NCBI GenBank assembly: GCA_965243555.1
Contig: OZ251575.1
Coordinates: 2,785,639 to 2,849,638, forward strand
Origin: Spirochaetia bacterium
GTDB lineage: Bacteria > Spirochaetota > Spirochaetia > SZUA-6 > Bin103
Direction: 5' to 3'
DNA length: 64,000 bases
The notes under the pieces were generated by a model. It saw nothing but the letters and a program-made list of their open reading frames with translations, searched no databases and had not been told where the DNA came from. Shown here piece after piece: positions 9,473 through 17,624 of the stretch (positions within the stretch are counted from its first letter, which is position 1; every line of letters starts with the position of its first letter). The translations under genes and the position numbers were made by a program.

Positions 9473-10857
9473 CCCCGGTCGCGCTCCCACACCTGCCGCC
9501 TGACCGCCGCCGGAATAGCCCGGCTGCGGACGCGTGGCTGTGGCGGCGCAGTCGCTGGCGTAGCGAGTCTGCCGGTCCGATGCGCCGCGGGCTGCGAGCC
9601 GCCTCCTGCCTTCGGCGCCGAAGTGGCGATTCCGGCGGCTGCCGCGTGCCGGTCCGCTGCCTGAACCCTCGATGGCGAAGTCGCGGCGCCTGCCGGCATC
9701 TCGGTCCGCGGCGCCGCCGCAGCCTCTTTCGGTGCCGAAGTCTCCGCCGTGAACTCCGCGGTCCGGGTGGCCACCGCCGGCCGCTTCGCAACCGTAACGC
9801 GGCGCTGGCCGGCGTCCGCCGGCACTTTCGGCGCCGAAGTCGCGGCGCCTGTCGGCATGCCGGTCTGCGGCGCCGCCGCGGCGTCCGGCCCGGCCGCTGT
9901 TTTCGGCGCCGAAGTTTGGCCGGCAACGTCGGGAGTCCGGCGGCTGCGGCCCCGCCTACGCGGCGGCCGCGACGGGTCGTGGCGGTCCAGCGCTTCCCGT
10001 ACCACCCGCCCCAGGAGCTGCCCCAACGTCATCTGCGGATCGACGTGGGACAGCAGCCCCTTGAGTTGCTCCAGTCCGACCTGGCAGTCGTCGTCGATCA
10101 CCGCCTTGAGCTCCCAGCGCCCGGCTCCCAGCGGCCGCATCCGGTCCGTCGCCCGCGCCAGATCGGGATCGACCTTGGCCAGCATCTCCTTTACCTGCCG
10201 CGTGCTCTTGCCGGCGGCCTGCGCCACCAGCGCCTCCCGCTCCGCCACGTCCAGCATCGGTGCTACCGGCTGTTCCGCGGCGTCGGGTTCCGCCGCGCGC
10301 ACCGGTGTATCCGGCACCAAGCCGCTGAGCGCACCCGCCGGCCCGGCCGCGCGCGCCGCTACGTCCGGCGCCGACGCGCCGGGCGCTACCGCCGCCCGAG
10401 CGCCAGGCTCCATGACCGACGCGGCCGACCCGGCATCGGCATCCGTCCCGCGCCCGCCACCGGCCTGCGTGTCCGTGTCGGGGGTGGTCGAGCGGCGCGC
10501 CTTGCGCTCCTGCTGCTCAAAGGCACGCTGCAACTGCGCCGCCGCGGCCAGCGTCAGCGTGCCATCCAACAGCCGCCCCCGCGCCCCGTTCACTTCCTCG
10601 CACAGCCGCATCGCCTTGAGCCGCCGCCAAGCCGCGCCAGTGCTGTAGCCCGGTTCCCGCATGGTGTAATCGAACATGCTGGAGAATCCCAGGGTGAGAT
10701 ACAGACAGCGCCGCTCAACTTCGCGCAGGTGATCGATGACCACGCCTTGGACGTAGTGTTCGATGGCGGAGAGTTCCTTGACCCGCTGAAGCAGACGTTG
10801 GTCGGAAAGGGCGGCAACGGTGGTTGTGATGGGCTTGTCATTAGAGGTCTTATTCAC
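9289..10857 (-). CDS. HNH endonuclease-domain protein with DUF222-like N-terminal region (REP13E12-like selfish element)
   Basis: 522 aa. C-terminal HNH motif 'CCSYADRGSGRRCGSRHLLEIDHVVPYALGGSAEPDNLRLLCAAHH'. The central Ala/Pro-rich linker carries in-frame repeats ('ATSAPK...'). Confidence 0.8.
   Translation of the reverse strand: MNKTSNDKPITTTVAALSDQRLLQRVKELSAIEHYVQGVVIDHLREVERRCLYLTLGFSSMFDYTMREPGYSTGAAWRRLKAMRLCEEVNGARGRLLDGTLTLAAAAQLQRAFEQQERKARRSTTPDTDTQAGGGRGTDADAGSAASVMEPGARAAVAPGASAPDVAARAAGPAGALSGLVPDTPVRAAEPDAAEQPVAPMLDVAEREALVAQAAGKSTRQVKEMLAKVDPDLARATDRMRPLGAGRWELKAVIDDDCQVGLEQLKGLLSHVDPQMTLGQLLGRVVREALDRHDPSRPPRRRGRSRRTPDVAGQTSAPKTAAGPDAAAAPQTGMPTGAATSAPKVPADAGQRRVTVAKRPAVATRTAEFTAETSAPKEAAAAPRTEMPAGAATSPSRVQAADRHAAAAGIATSAPKAGGGSQPAAHRTGRLATPATAPPQPRVRSRAIPAAVRRQVWERDRGCCSYADRGSGRRCGSRHLLEIDHVVPYALGGSAEPDNLRLLCAAHHRYRHRHARLGAARR
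9611..9915. repeat. Intragenic repeat array within the HNH gene: palindrome TTCGGCGCCGAAGT (4 copies) embedded in about 50-bp imperfect direct repeats
   Basis: Palindrome copies at 9611-9624, 9728-9741 (variant), 9827-9840 and 9902-9915. Blocks 9672-9722 and 9832-9882 are about 88% identical and encode the repeated 'AATSAPK/AAAP.T.MP.GA' peptide. Confidence 0.75.
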
Positions 10858-11399
10858 AGGTCAAGTATAAGCATAGAAAATACTTGAGTCAACTGTTCCG
10901 GCTGCTTTTTTTGGACCACGGAGTAGCACGCGCGGGGGACCGGGAAGCAGGTTAAAGGCAAGGTGGAGCGGGCCCGCCAACCGCCGAGCGCCCTTGCTAA
11001 AGAAACGGACCGGCGGGCCTATGTCCGACTTTCGGAGATGGCAACCTGCCCCGCGAGCTGCCGGACAAGGTCTCGCGGCACCGCGCCGGGAACCACCGAC
11101 CGGCAGTTGGCGCTGCCACAGGCCGCGGCCCAACGCGCGGCCCCGCCAAGCCGGCGTCTTCAAGGCGCAACGGGGCAGGTTCGGCACCCCCGGCCGCGGC
11201 CTTGCGCGTAACGGCTCCCGGCTCCCCGCGGGCGGCGGCGGCTGCTGCCGTGCACGCTCGACCGGCGGCGGCTCCCCGGCCGCGGCCGCCGGCTTCCCCG
11301 GCGCGCTCCCCGGACCGCGGCGGCTGGCAAGCTGCGGCGGGTCATTTCCCGTTGGCGCGTTCGCCTTCGTTCAAGGGGGTGAGATGTCCATGATGTGAC

Positions 11400-12830
11400 G
11401 TGTGTGTGGGTTGTGCGTATTGTATTGTGAGGTATAGTCCGAAGTTGTGGACGGGATGAAAAGAGCGCATCCTCCCAAAGAACGATTCAACCACGAATCA
11501 GGAGGAATACGCTCGTGGAGAACAATACCCCCAGGGCCGCAGAGGAACAAGGTCCTGGTACCATTCTGGAAGAGATCATTCGCCGCGGGGCGCGGCAGAT
11601 GCTGGCGGTAGCGCTGGAGGCCGAGGTGGACGAGTTCCTGGCTCGTCACGCTGACCGGCGGGATCAGCACGGCCACCGGCTGGCGGTCCGCAACGGCCAC
11701 ATGCCGGAGCGCTCGTTCGTCACCGGCATCGGACCGATCCCGATCCGCCAGCCGCGGGTCGATGACCGCCCGCTCGCCGAGGAGGGAGAGTCGAGGTTCA
11801 GCAGCGCGATCCTGCCCCGCTACGCGCGGCGGGCGCCGAGTGTGGACAACCTGATACCGACTCTGTACCTGAAGGGCGTGTCCAGCGGGGACTTCTCGGA
11901 GGCGCTGGCGGCGATCCTGGGAGAGCAGGCTTCGGGGCTGAGCGCCAGCAGCGTGGTGCGGCTGAAGAAGGTATGGGAAGAGGAGTACGAGAAGTGGACG
12001 CAGCGCGATCTGAGCGGCAAGCGGTACGTGTACTTCTGGGCCGACGGTCTGCACGTGAACGTACGGCTGGAAGAGGAACGCAGTTGCATCCTGGTGATCA
12101 TGGGCGCCGATCAGGAGGGGCGCAAGGAACTGGTGGCGGTGAGCGACGGCTACCGGGAGAGCAAGACCTCGTGGCGGGAGCTGCTGTTGGACCTGCGGCG
12201 GCGGGGGCTGCGGGAAGGACCGCGGCTGGCGACGGCGGACGGCGCGCTGGGATTCTGGGCGGCGCTCCGGGAGGTGTATCCGGAAGCGCAGGAACAGACC
12301 TGCTGGTTCCACAAGGCCGGCAACGTGCTGGACAAGATGCCGCAGTCGGTGCAGGGGCGGGCGAAGACGATGATCCGCGAGATGTGGCAGGCGCCGTCGC
12401 TGGAGCATGCCACCAGCGCCTATGACCACTTCTGCACCGCCTGGGAGCCGAAGTACCCGAAGGCGGTCGCCTGCCTGCGCAAGGATGTAGGCTCGCTGTT
12501 CAGCTTCTACGGATTCCCGGCCGCGCACTGGACGCATCTGCGGACCAGCAACCCGATTGAGTCGACCTACGCGACAGTGCGGCTGCGGACGAAGCGGACG
12601 AAGGGCTGCGGGTCGCGGATGGCGACGCTGACGATGGTCTGGAAGCTGGCGCTGGAAGCGCAGCGCGGATGGCGCCGGCTGATGGGCTTCAAGTTCATCC
12701 CCCTGGTGATGGAGGGGCGTGAATTCGTAGACGGCGAGCTGACGGAGGCAGCCGCCTAAGAGAGACCGAAAGGCAACGGGATGATGCGCTCGCTGATTCT
12801 CAATCCACAAGACTTGACAATATCTCTTGT
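11400..12830 (+). mobile_element. IS256-family insertion sequence (boundaries approximate)
   Basis: Contains the transposase ORF. AT-rich 'TATTGTATTGT' motifs lie at 11417-11428 and, inverted, at 13355-13379. Termini could not be defined precisely by eye. Confidence 0.4.
11515..12759 (+). CDS. IS256 family (mutator-type) transposase
   Basis: 414 aa. Typical IS256/MULE transposase sequence ('...YFWADGLHVNVR...ILVIMGADQEGRKELVAV...CWFHKAGNVL...') with the DDE region. An RBS-like 'aggagg' lies upstream. Confidence 0.9.
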   Translation: MENNTPRAAEEQGPGTILEEIIRRGARQMLAVALEAEVDEFLARHADRRDQHGHRLAVRNGHMPERSFVTGIGPIPIRQPRVDDRPLAEEGESRFSSAILPRYARRAPSVDNLIPTLYLKGVSSGDFSEALAAILGEQASGLSASSVVRLKKVWEEEYEKWTQRDLSGKRYVYFWADGLHVNVRLEEERSCILVIMGADQEGRKELVAVSDGYRESKTSWRELLLDLRRRGLREGPRLATADGALGFWAALREVYPEAQEQTCWFHKAGNVLDKMPQSVQGRAKTMIREMWQAPSLEHATSAYDHFCTAWEPKYPKAVACLRKDVGSLFSFYGFPAAHWTHLRTSNPIESTYATVRLRTKRTKGCGSRMATLTMVWKLALEAQRGWRRLMGFKFIPLVMEGREFVDGELTEAAA

Positions 12831-13187
12831 ATTGTTGGTGAGCTTTACAAAGCTAAACTGCAATACTTGTATCTGACCTTGTCCATTACTCCATCCTCCA
12901 GTTAGGATGTAATGATCTTTGTGATTAGATTCTGACCAATCGTAAATTGAATCAGGATAGGTAGTCGGATTACTGCCATCAACGCTTAACGTTAGGCGGT
13001 TACTAGTGATTGACCAAGCGGCACCGTCGCCCTGCCAATTTCCTACAAGCCAGGTTGGCACGGTAACGCTTCCGCTTCCGCTTCCGGCGGCTTCTTCGCA
13101 ACCGATCAATACCACGCTGGCAAGCGCGGCGGCTGCTACCATCGCAGCGGTACTTAGTAGTGATTTCATCGGTTCGCATTCTATCAT
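12756..13187 (-). CDS. Putative lipoprotein (low-GC cargo gene)
   Basis: 143 aa. Signal peptide plus lipobox 'VVLIGC' at the N-terminus. Local GC is about 40% versus about 70% background. The gene overlaps the transposase stop. Confidence 0.5.
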   Translation of the reverse strand: MIECEPMKSLLSTAAMVAAAALASVVLIGCEEAAGSGSGSVTVPTWLVGNWQGDGAAWSITSNRLTLSVDGSNPTTYPDSIYDWSESNHKDHYILTGGWSNGQGQIQVLQFSFVKLTNNTRDIVKSCGLRISERIIPLPFGLS

Positions 13188-13347
13188 CTACCGGGCGGCG
13201 GCTGGCAAGCTGCACGGTCGGTCGATCAACCGCTCCCCGGCGGACGTGGTAGCGGCCGTTGCCAGGCGGACCGGGCGGCGGCTGCTGCCGTGCACGCTCC
13301 CCGGCTCCCCGGCGCGCTCCCCGGGACCGGTCGATCTAAAGTGTACA

Positions 13348-13677
13348 TTACATACAATACAAACAATACAATACAATCTCCCCGCTGGCGCCGGCCGGAG
13401 CTACCGGCGCCGGCGGCTCCCCGGCCGCGGTCTCTACCACCCGCGTGGCGATGCCCTCGCGGCGCAGGTCGGTCTGCATGCGGCGTCCGTTGGCCCCGCC
13501 CAGATAGGCCAGCAGCGTCGCCGGCACTCCCAGAGCGGTGAGCGCGCGCGCCACGTTGACGCCCTTGCCGGCCGCCACGCGCCGCACTTCCCGCACCCGG
13601 TTCACGGCGCCCGCGGTCACGAGCTCAAACCGGTAGATGAGCTGCCACGCGCAGTTCTGCCCACACACCAGGATCAT
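13348..13677 (-). pseudogene. PfkB-family carbohydrate kinase, 5' fragment (truncated after about 85 native codons by AT-rich IS-associated sequence)
   Basis: N-terminus '[51 protein letters not shown]' is ribokinase/PfkB-like. The reading frame runs into the AT-rich repeat at 13345-13380 and stops. The missing 3' part is present only in the second copy (16308-16950). Confidence 0.6.
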
Positions 13678-13893
13678 GCTTCCTTCCCCTCCTGCCGCCC
13701 GCCGCCCCTGCTCCCTTGCGCCGCGAGCGGCCGCGCCCGTACCCTACGGCAGCCTTCACCCATGAAATACCTCGGCGCTCACGTATCCACCGCCGGCGGC
13801 CTGCATACCGCGCCGCCGCGGGCGCAGGCGCTCGGCGCCACGGCGTTCGCCATCTTCACCCGCAACCAGCGGCGCTGGGCCGCCAAGCCCCTC
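13455..13893. repeat. Segmental duplication R2, copy 1 (about 93% identical to 16728-17172)
   Basis: By-eye alignment of the PfkB 5' region, the pfkB-nfo intergenic region and the first ~44 codons of nfo. Confidence 0.8.
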
Positions 13894-14634
13894 ACTGCGC
13901 AGGAGGCCGACTCCTTCCGCGAGCAGTGCGCGGCGGCCGGCATCCCGCTTCGGCGGGTTCTGCCGCACGCCGGCTACCTGATCAACCTGGGCGCGCCCGA
14001 CGCCGCGGTCGTGCGCAAGTCGCAGGCGGCCTTCCTGGACGAGTTCGACCGCTGCCGCCGGCTCGGTCTGCGCGGCCTGAACCTCCACCCCGGCAGCCAC
14101 CTCGGCAAGATGGAGGACGCCGCGTGCATGGACCAGATCGCCGCGTATCTCAATCGGGCCATCGCCGAGATTCCCGACGTGACCGTGGTCTACGAGTGCA
14201 CCGCCGGCCAGGGCAGCCACCTGGGTCATACCTTCGCGCAGCTCGCCGGCCTGATCGACCGCATCGACGACAAGTCACGGGTCGGCGTGTGCCTGGACAC
14301 CTGCCACCTGCACGCCGCCGGCTACGATCTTACCACCGCCGCCGCCTACGAGCGCACCATGCGCGAGTTCGAGCAGGTGGTGGGCCTGCGCTACCTCGCC
14401 GGCGCGCATCTCAACGACTCCAAGACAGCACTCGGCAGCCGGGTGGACCGCCACGCCAGCCTCGGCAAAGGCACGATGGGTTGGGAACCGTTCCGCCTGC
14501 TGATGAACGACCCCCGCTTCGACGAAATCCCCCTCATCACCGAAACCGTCGACCCCGATCTGTGGGCCGAAGAACTAACCCAACTCCGCGCTTTGATCGG
14601 CCGCACCGAGGCCTGCCCCCTCCCGCCCGCCTAG
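13762..14634 (+). CDS. nfo: Endonuclease IV (AP endonuclease family 2)
   Basis: 290 aa from the ATG at 13762; the 542-aa track ORF is an upstream read-through artefact. Motifs '[13 protein letters not shown]', 'HPGSHLG', 'VCLDTCHLHAAGYD', 'AHLNDSK'. Confidence 0.9.
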   Translation: MKYLGAHVSTAGGLHTAPPRAQALGATAFAIFTRNQRRWAAKPLTAQEADSFREQCAAAGIPLRRVLPHAGYLINLGAPDAAVVRKSQAAFLDEFDRCRRLGLRGLNLHPGSHLGKMEDAACMDQIAAYLNRAIAEIPDVTVVYECTAGQGSHLGHTFAQLAGLIDRIDDKSRVGVCLDTCHLHAAGYDLTTAAAYERTMREFEQVVGLRYLAGAHLNDSKTALGSRVDRHASLGKGTMGWEPFRLLMNDPRFDEIPLITETVDPDLWAEELTQLRALIGRTEACPLPPA

Positions 14635-15048
14635 AACCCTATCCACTCACGGGTATCGGCGGAGATAGAATTCTGGGGCGACAGGTCTTCGCCAACGTCG
14701 CTTCTATCAATTTCTGCTCCCTGCGGCTCTCCGGCCAGCCGGTGATATTCGCGTGATTTATGGGGTTGTTATCTATGGCTACCTGCAGGCCGATCCTGTG
14801 TATCGCGCACTCCGTAATGCAGGCCCAACCGTACAATCTCGGCTTTCCGCGCCGCCGTGCAGCTTTTACCCCTCGCGCCCGGACTTCCGAGTCCGTCGTC
14901 TCACCTGCAACGAACTCCACGGACAGCCGTAGATTGTTTGGGGGAGAAAAGAGCTTGGGGTGAATCCGGTTTGATGCCGGTCTGACTTCGTTGCTATGGA
15001 ACGCAAATCTGGCGAAGTAGTCGTCCATCTACGCAGAGTTCCGACATG

Positions 15049-15561
15049 CTATTCCATACAGAGGTCGCGCAGGCAACACTTCATTGTCTCGGGAATACGC
15101 CCGCTCCATGGTTCACATCCGCTGTACTCTCGGCCATCGTCCAGCATGGCGGTCAGCACAACGTCGTCTCCGTCGGGACCTATGCTGAGGGATACGGTCC
15201 CGCCGGCAACAAACCACGTCAGGTCGACTTCGCCCTTCGGCGTCGCACAAACATCCGGCCTGGGAATACCCAAGGGAAGGTCATCCGTGAGCGAGGCGGC
15301 AGCAGCCACGGCCGCCACACCGGGAGGGGCATCGGCACCGTCGCCACTACGATCGATGTCACCTTCGTCCACCGCCAGCGCCTTTATCTCCCGCTTTACG
15401 TCTCGCAACCACTCGTCACCAAGAACACTCATCTCGGTCGCCGTCTCGGTGTCCGCAAACGAAAGTATCCTCAGCGCCAAGGCAGGCATCTTGGGCAAAG
15501 TGAACGGCTGTTCCGGCATGGCACTCGGTTCCGGTTCAAAGGCAATTGCCGCGCTACTCAT
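15049..15561 (-). CDS. Hypothetical acidic protein (170 aa), low-GC cassette gene 2
   Basis: Clean ORF with a 4/8-bp overlap to the upstream 144-aa ORF, in a roughly 52-55% GC island. No recognisable domain. Confidence 0.45.
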   Translation of the reverse strand: MSSAAIAFEPEPSAMPEQPFTLPKMPALALRILSFADTETATEMSVLGDEWLRDVKREIKALAVDEGDIDRSGDGADAPPGVAAVAAAASLTDDLPLGIPRPDVCATPKGEVDLTWFVAGGTVSLSIGPDGDDVVLTAMLDDGREYSGCEPWSGRIPETMKCCLRDLCME

Positions 15562-15988
15562 AGGTAACCCCTAGCTCTTTTCTCTTCAGTAGTCGACCGT
15601 CGATGACAAAGTCAATAAGGTAAGTGCCTTCCGAATAGGTGACGGAAGATGGTATGTCAAATCGCAGAAAGCCGGAATCTCCTTCTTTCGCGCCATCAGT
15701 TGTAGACCGGGTAATCAGCTTCCCCTCAATAGAATAGGCCGCCTCCTCACTATTGTCATTTTTTGCTACCGTGAGGCGGACCGTGTACTCCCTATTGTAC
15801 TCCACACCGGTCAGTTCGACGAGGATCCCCCAGGGAGGGCCGTTGCGACGATCACCCGTGGATGATTCACGGCTACGGAGTGTGAGGGCGGAAAATATGC
15901 CGACCGCGCCATACCGATCATCGCTTTCATGAATTATGCGATCAGCAACTATGAAGTTGATTATGTCCAGCGCCATATCACCCACCAC
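15554..15988 (-). CDS. Hypothetical protein (144 aa), low-GC cassette gene 1
   Basis: Clean ORF, predicted all-beta, in the low-GC island. No recognisable domain. Confidence 0.45.
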   Translation of the reverse strand: MVGDMALDIINFIVADRIIHESDDRYGAVGIFSALTLRSRESSTGDRRNGPPWGILVELTGVEYNREYTVRLTVAKNDNSEEAAYSIEGKLITRSTTDGAKEGDSGFLRFDIPSSVTYSEGTYLIDFVIDGRLLKRKELGVTYE

Positions 15989-16066
15989 ACCGTATCGTCG
16001 TATTCACGTCGTGTCAAGCCTCCCTAGCGTACCAGGTTCCTCCACCGTAGTCAAGCAACTCACGCC

Positions 16067-16307
16067 TGCGGGTGCGAACGTCTGAAACGGCACGCATCAT
16101 CCAAGTCAGCGCGCCGGGCCGGATCAAGTCACCGGCGCACGGCCCCGAGCCGCGCATGGCGGTAGCGGTGATGGGCGGCGCACAGCAGCCGGAGATTGTC
16201 GGGCTCGGCGCTGGCCTCCATGCGCATACGGCACGACGTGATCGATTTCCAGCAGATTCCGGGAGCCGCACCGGCGCCCGCTGCCCCGGTCCACGTAGCT
16301 GCAGCAG
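16067..16307. repeat. Segmental duplication R1, copy 2
   Basis: See R1 copy 1. Confidence 0.8.
16124..16307 (-). pseudogene. HNH endonuclease 3' remnant (frameshifted copy of the 9289-9480 region)
   Basis: Translations '...CCSYVDRGSGRRCGSRNLLEIDHVVPYAHGG' and, in another frame, 'SAEPDNLRLLCAAHHRYRHARLGAVRR*' show the HNH C-terminus split across frames. Confidence 0.65.
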
Positions 16308-16950
16308 AACAGCACCCACTGCACTCCGTGCCGGTCGCGCAGGCGGCGGCAGAAGGCCGCCCGATCCGCGGCCAACTCGGCCAATTCAGCGCGGTTGATC
16401 TTGAGGATTTCGGGCGCGGCCGCCAGGGCTGCGCGGGCGTGGTCGCGGTAGGCGTCGAGCAGCGTGGGCACCCCACGCCGGTGCGCCAGCCGCACCATCT
16501 CGGCGTATACCTCGGGATGCGCGCCGCCGATCGCGGTGCCGGCAATCACCACCGCCGCGGCGTTCCCCAGCAACTCCTCGTAGGCGGCCGCGAAGCGTTC
16601 CTGCTCAGCGCCGCTCGCTGCCGCGGCCGGCTCCACCAGTTCCGTTACCTGCCGCGCCGGCCCCGCCGCCGGCCCCTCCAGCAGCGTGACGCAGGTGCGG
16701 GTGTCGGCCGCCGTCTCCACCACACGCGCGCGATGCCCTCGCGGCGCAGGTCGGTCTGCATGCGGCGTCCGTTGGCCCCGCCCAGATAGGCCAGCAGCGG
16801 CGCCGGCACTCCCAGCGCGGTGAGCGCGCGCGCCACGTTGACTCCCTTGCCGGCCGCCGCGCGCCGCACTTCCCGCACCCGGTTCACGGCGCCCGCGGTC
16901 ACGCGCTCGAATCGGTAGATGAGCTGCCACGCGCAATTCTGCCTGCACAC
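16308..16950 (-). pseudogene. PfkB-family carbohydrate kinase, second copy with a 1-nt deletion (frameshift near 16740) and the 3' end fused to the HNH remnant
   Basis: The N-terminal 74 residues match copy 1. At 'atcgcgcgcgtgtggtgg' versus copy 1 'atcgccacgcgggtggta' one base is missing and the frame shifts. The downstream frame continues with the PfkB core ('...AAVVIAGTAIGGAHPEVYAEMVRLAHRRGVPTLLDAY...') and reads into HNH sequence without a stop. Confidence 0.65.
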
Positions 16951-17172
16951 CAGGATTATGCTGCATGCCCCACCTGCCCGCGCCTCCCTTGCGCCGCGAC
17001 CGGCCGCGCCCGTACCCTACGGCTGCCTTCGCCCATGAAATACCTCGGCGCTCACGTATCCACCGCCGGCGGCCTGCACACCGCGCCGCCGCGGGCACAG
17101 GCGCTCGGCGCCACGGCGTTCGCCATCTTTACCCGCAACCAGCGGCGCTGGGCCGCCAAGCCCCTCACCGAG
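16728..17172. repeat. Segmental duplication R2, copy 2
   Basis: See R2 copy 1. Confidence 0.8.
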
Positions 17173-17192
17173 CAGGAGGCAGAATCATGGAC
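17035..17192 (+). pseudogene. Endonuclease IV 5' fragment (first ~44 codons of nfo, then divergent sequence and a stop)
   Basis: '[45 protein letters not shown]' is identical to the nfo N-terminus, then 'EQEAESWT*'. The vsr start codon lies inside the divergent tail. Confidence 0.65.
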
Positions 17193-17624
17193 ATAGTGGA
17201 CGCGCAAACGCGCAGTAGGATGATGTCCGGAATCAAAGGTCGCGACACGGTACCCGAGGTCGTCGTCCGGCGAGTCGCGCACCGCATGGGGTTCCGCTTT
17301 CGTTTGTATCGTAAAGACTTGCCAGGGAGGCCCGATCTAGTGTTCCCAAGGTACCGGGCCGTTGTCTTCGTTCATGGATGTTTCTGGCATAGACACCAAG
17401 GTTGCCGGTACGCCTACACTCCCCGGACCAGAGTGCGGTTTTGGATGGGAAAGTTCAGCGACAACGTCGCGCGGGACCGCCGAACAGAGCAAGCTCTGGT
17501 CACGCTCGGCTGGCGGATCCTGGTCATCTGGGAGTGCGAGACGCGCAACGAGGCAGTCGTGCGGGAGCGTCTTCGAGAGTACCTCCCCCAGACAGACTAC
17601 GGGACAAGCGAACCAGCAACGTGA
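17187..17624 (+). CDS. vsr: Very-short-patch-repair (Vsr) endonuclease
   Basis: 145 aa. '[54 protein letters not shown]...RFW..K...NV.RDRR...L...[11 protein letters not shown]' matches Vsr along its full length. RBS 'aggagg' lies 7 nt upstream. The catalytic Asp of the E. coli 'FVDGCFWH' motif is His here ('FVHGCFWH'). Confidence 0.9.
   Translation: MDIVDAQTRSRMMSGIKGRDTVPEVVVRRVAHRMGFRFRLYRKDLPGRPDLVFPRYRAVVFVHGCFWHRHQGCRYAYTPRTRVRFWMGKFSDNVARDRRTEQALVTLGWRILVIWECETRNEAVVRERLREYLPQTDYGTSEPAT

Noticed and set aside
13006-14634. 542-aa ORF suggesting a large fusion protein ending in endonuclease IV
   Set aside because: The upstream 250 codons are antisense to the PfkB fragment and the IS-associated repeats. 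They have GC-rich low-complexity composition and no domain. The canonical nfo start '[13 protein letters not shown]' with an upstream untranslated region is at 13762, so only 13762-14634 is called.
14640-14960. Possible structured ncRNA or tRNA-like element downstream of nfo ('ggggttgttatctatggctacc...ccgtagattgtttggggga')
   Set aside because: No cloverleaf can be drawn and there is no TPsiC-loop consensus (GGTTCGAATCC-like). The similarity between the ends is weak. It may be terminator or untranslated sequence of the low-GC cassette.
16124-17098. 324-aa ORF as a single intact gene
   Set aside because: It is chimeric. It starts antisense to the nfo fragment, runs through a frameshifted PfkB kinase and ends inside an HNH endonuclease remnant. 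It is called as pseudogene fragments instead.
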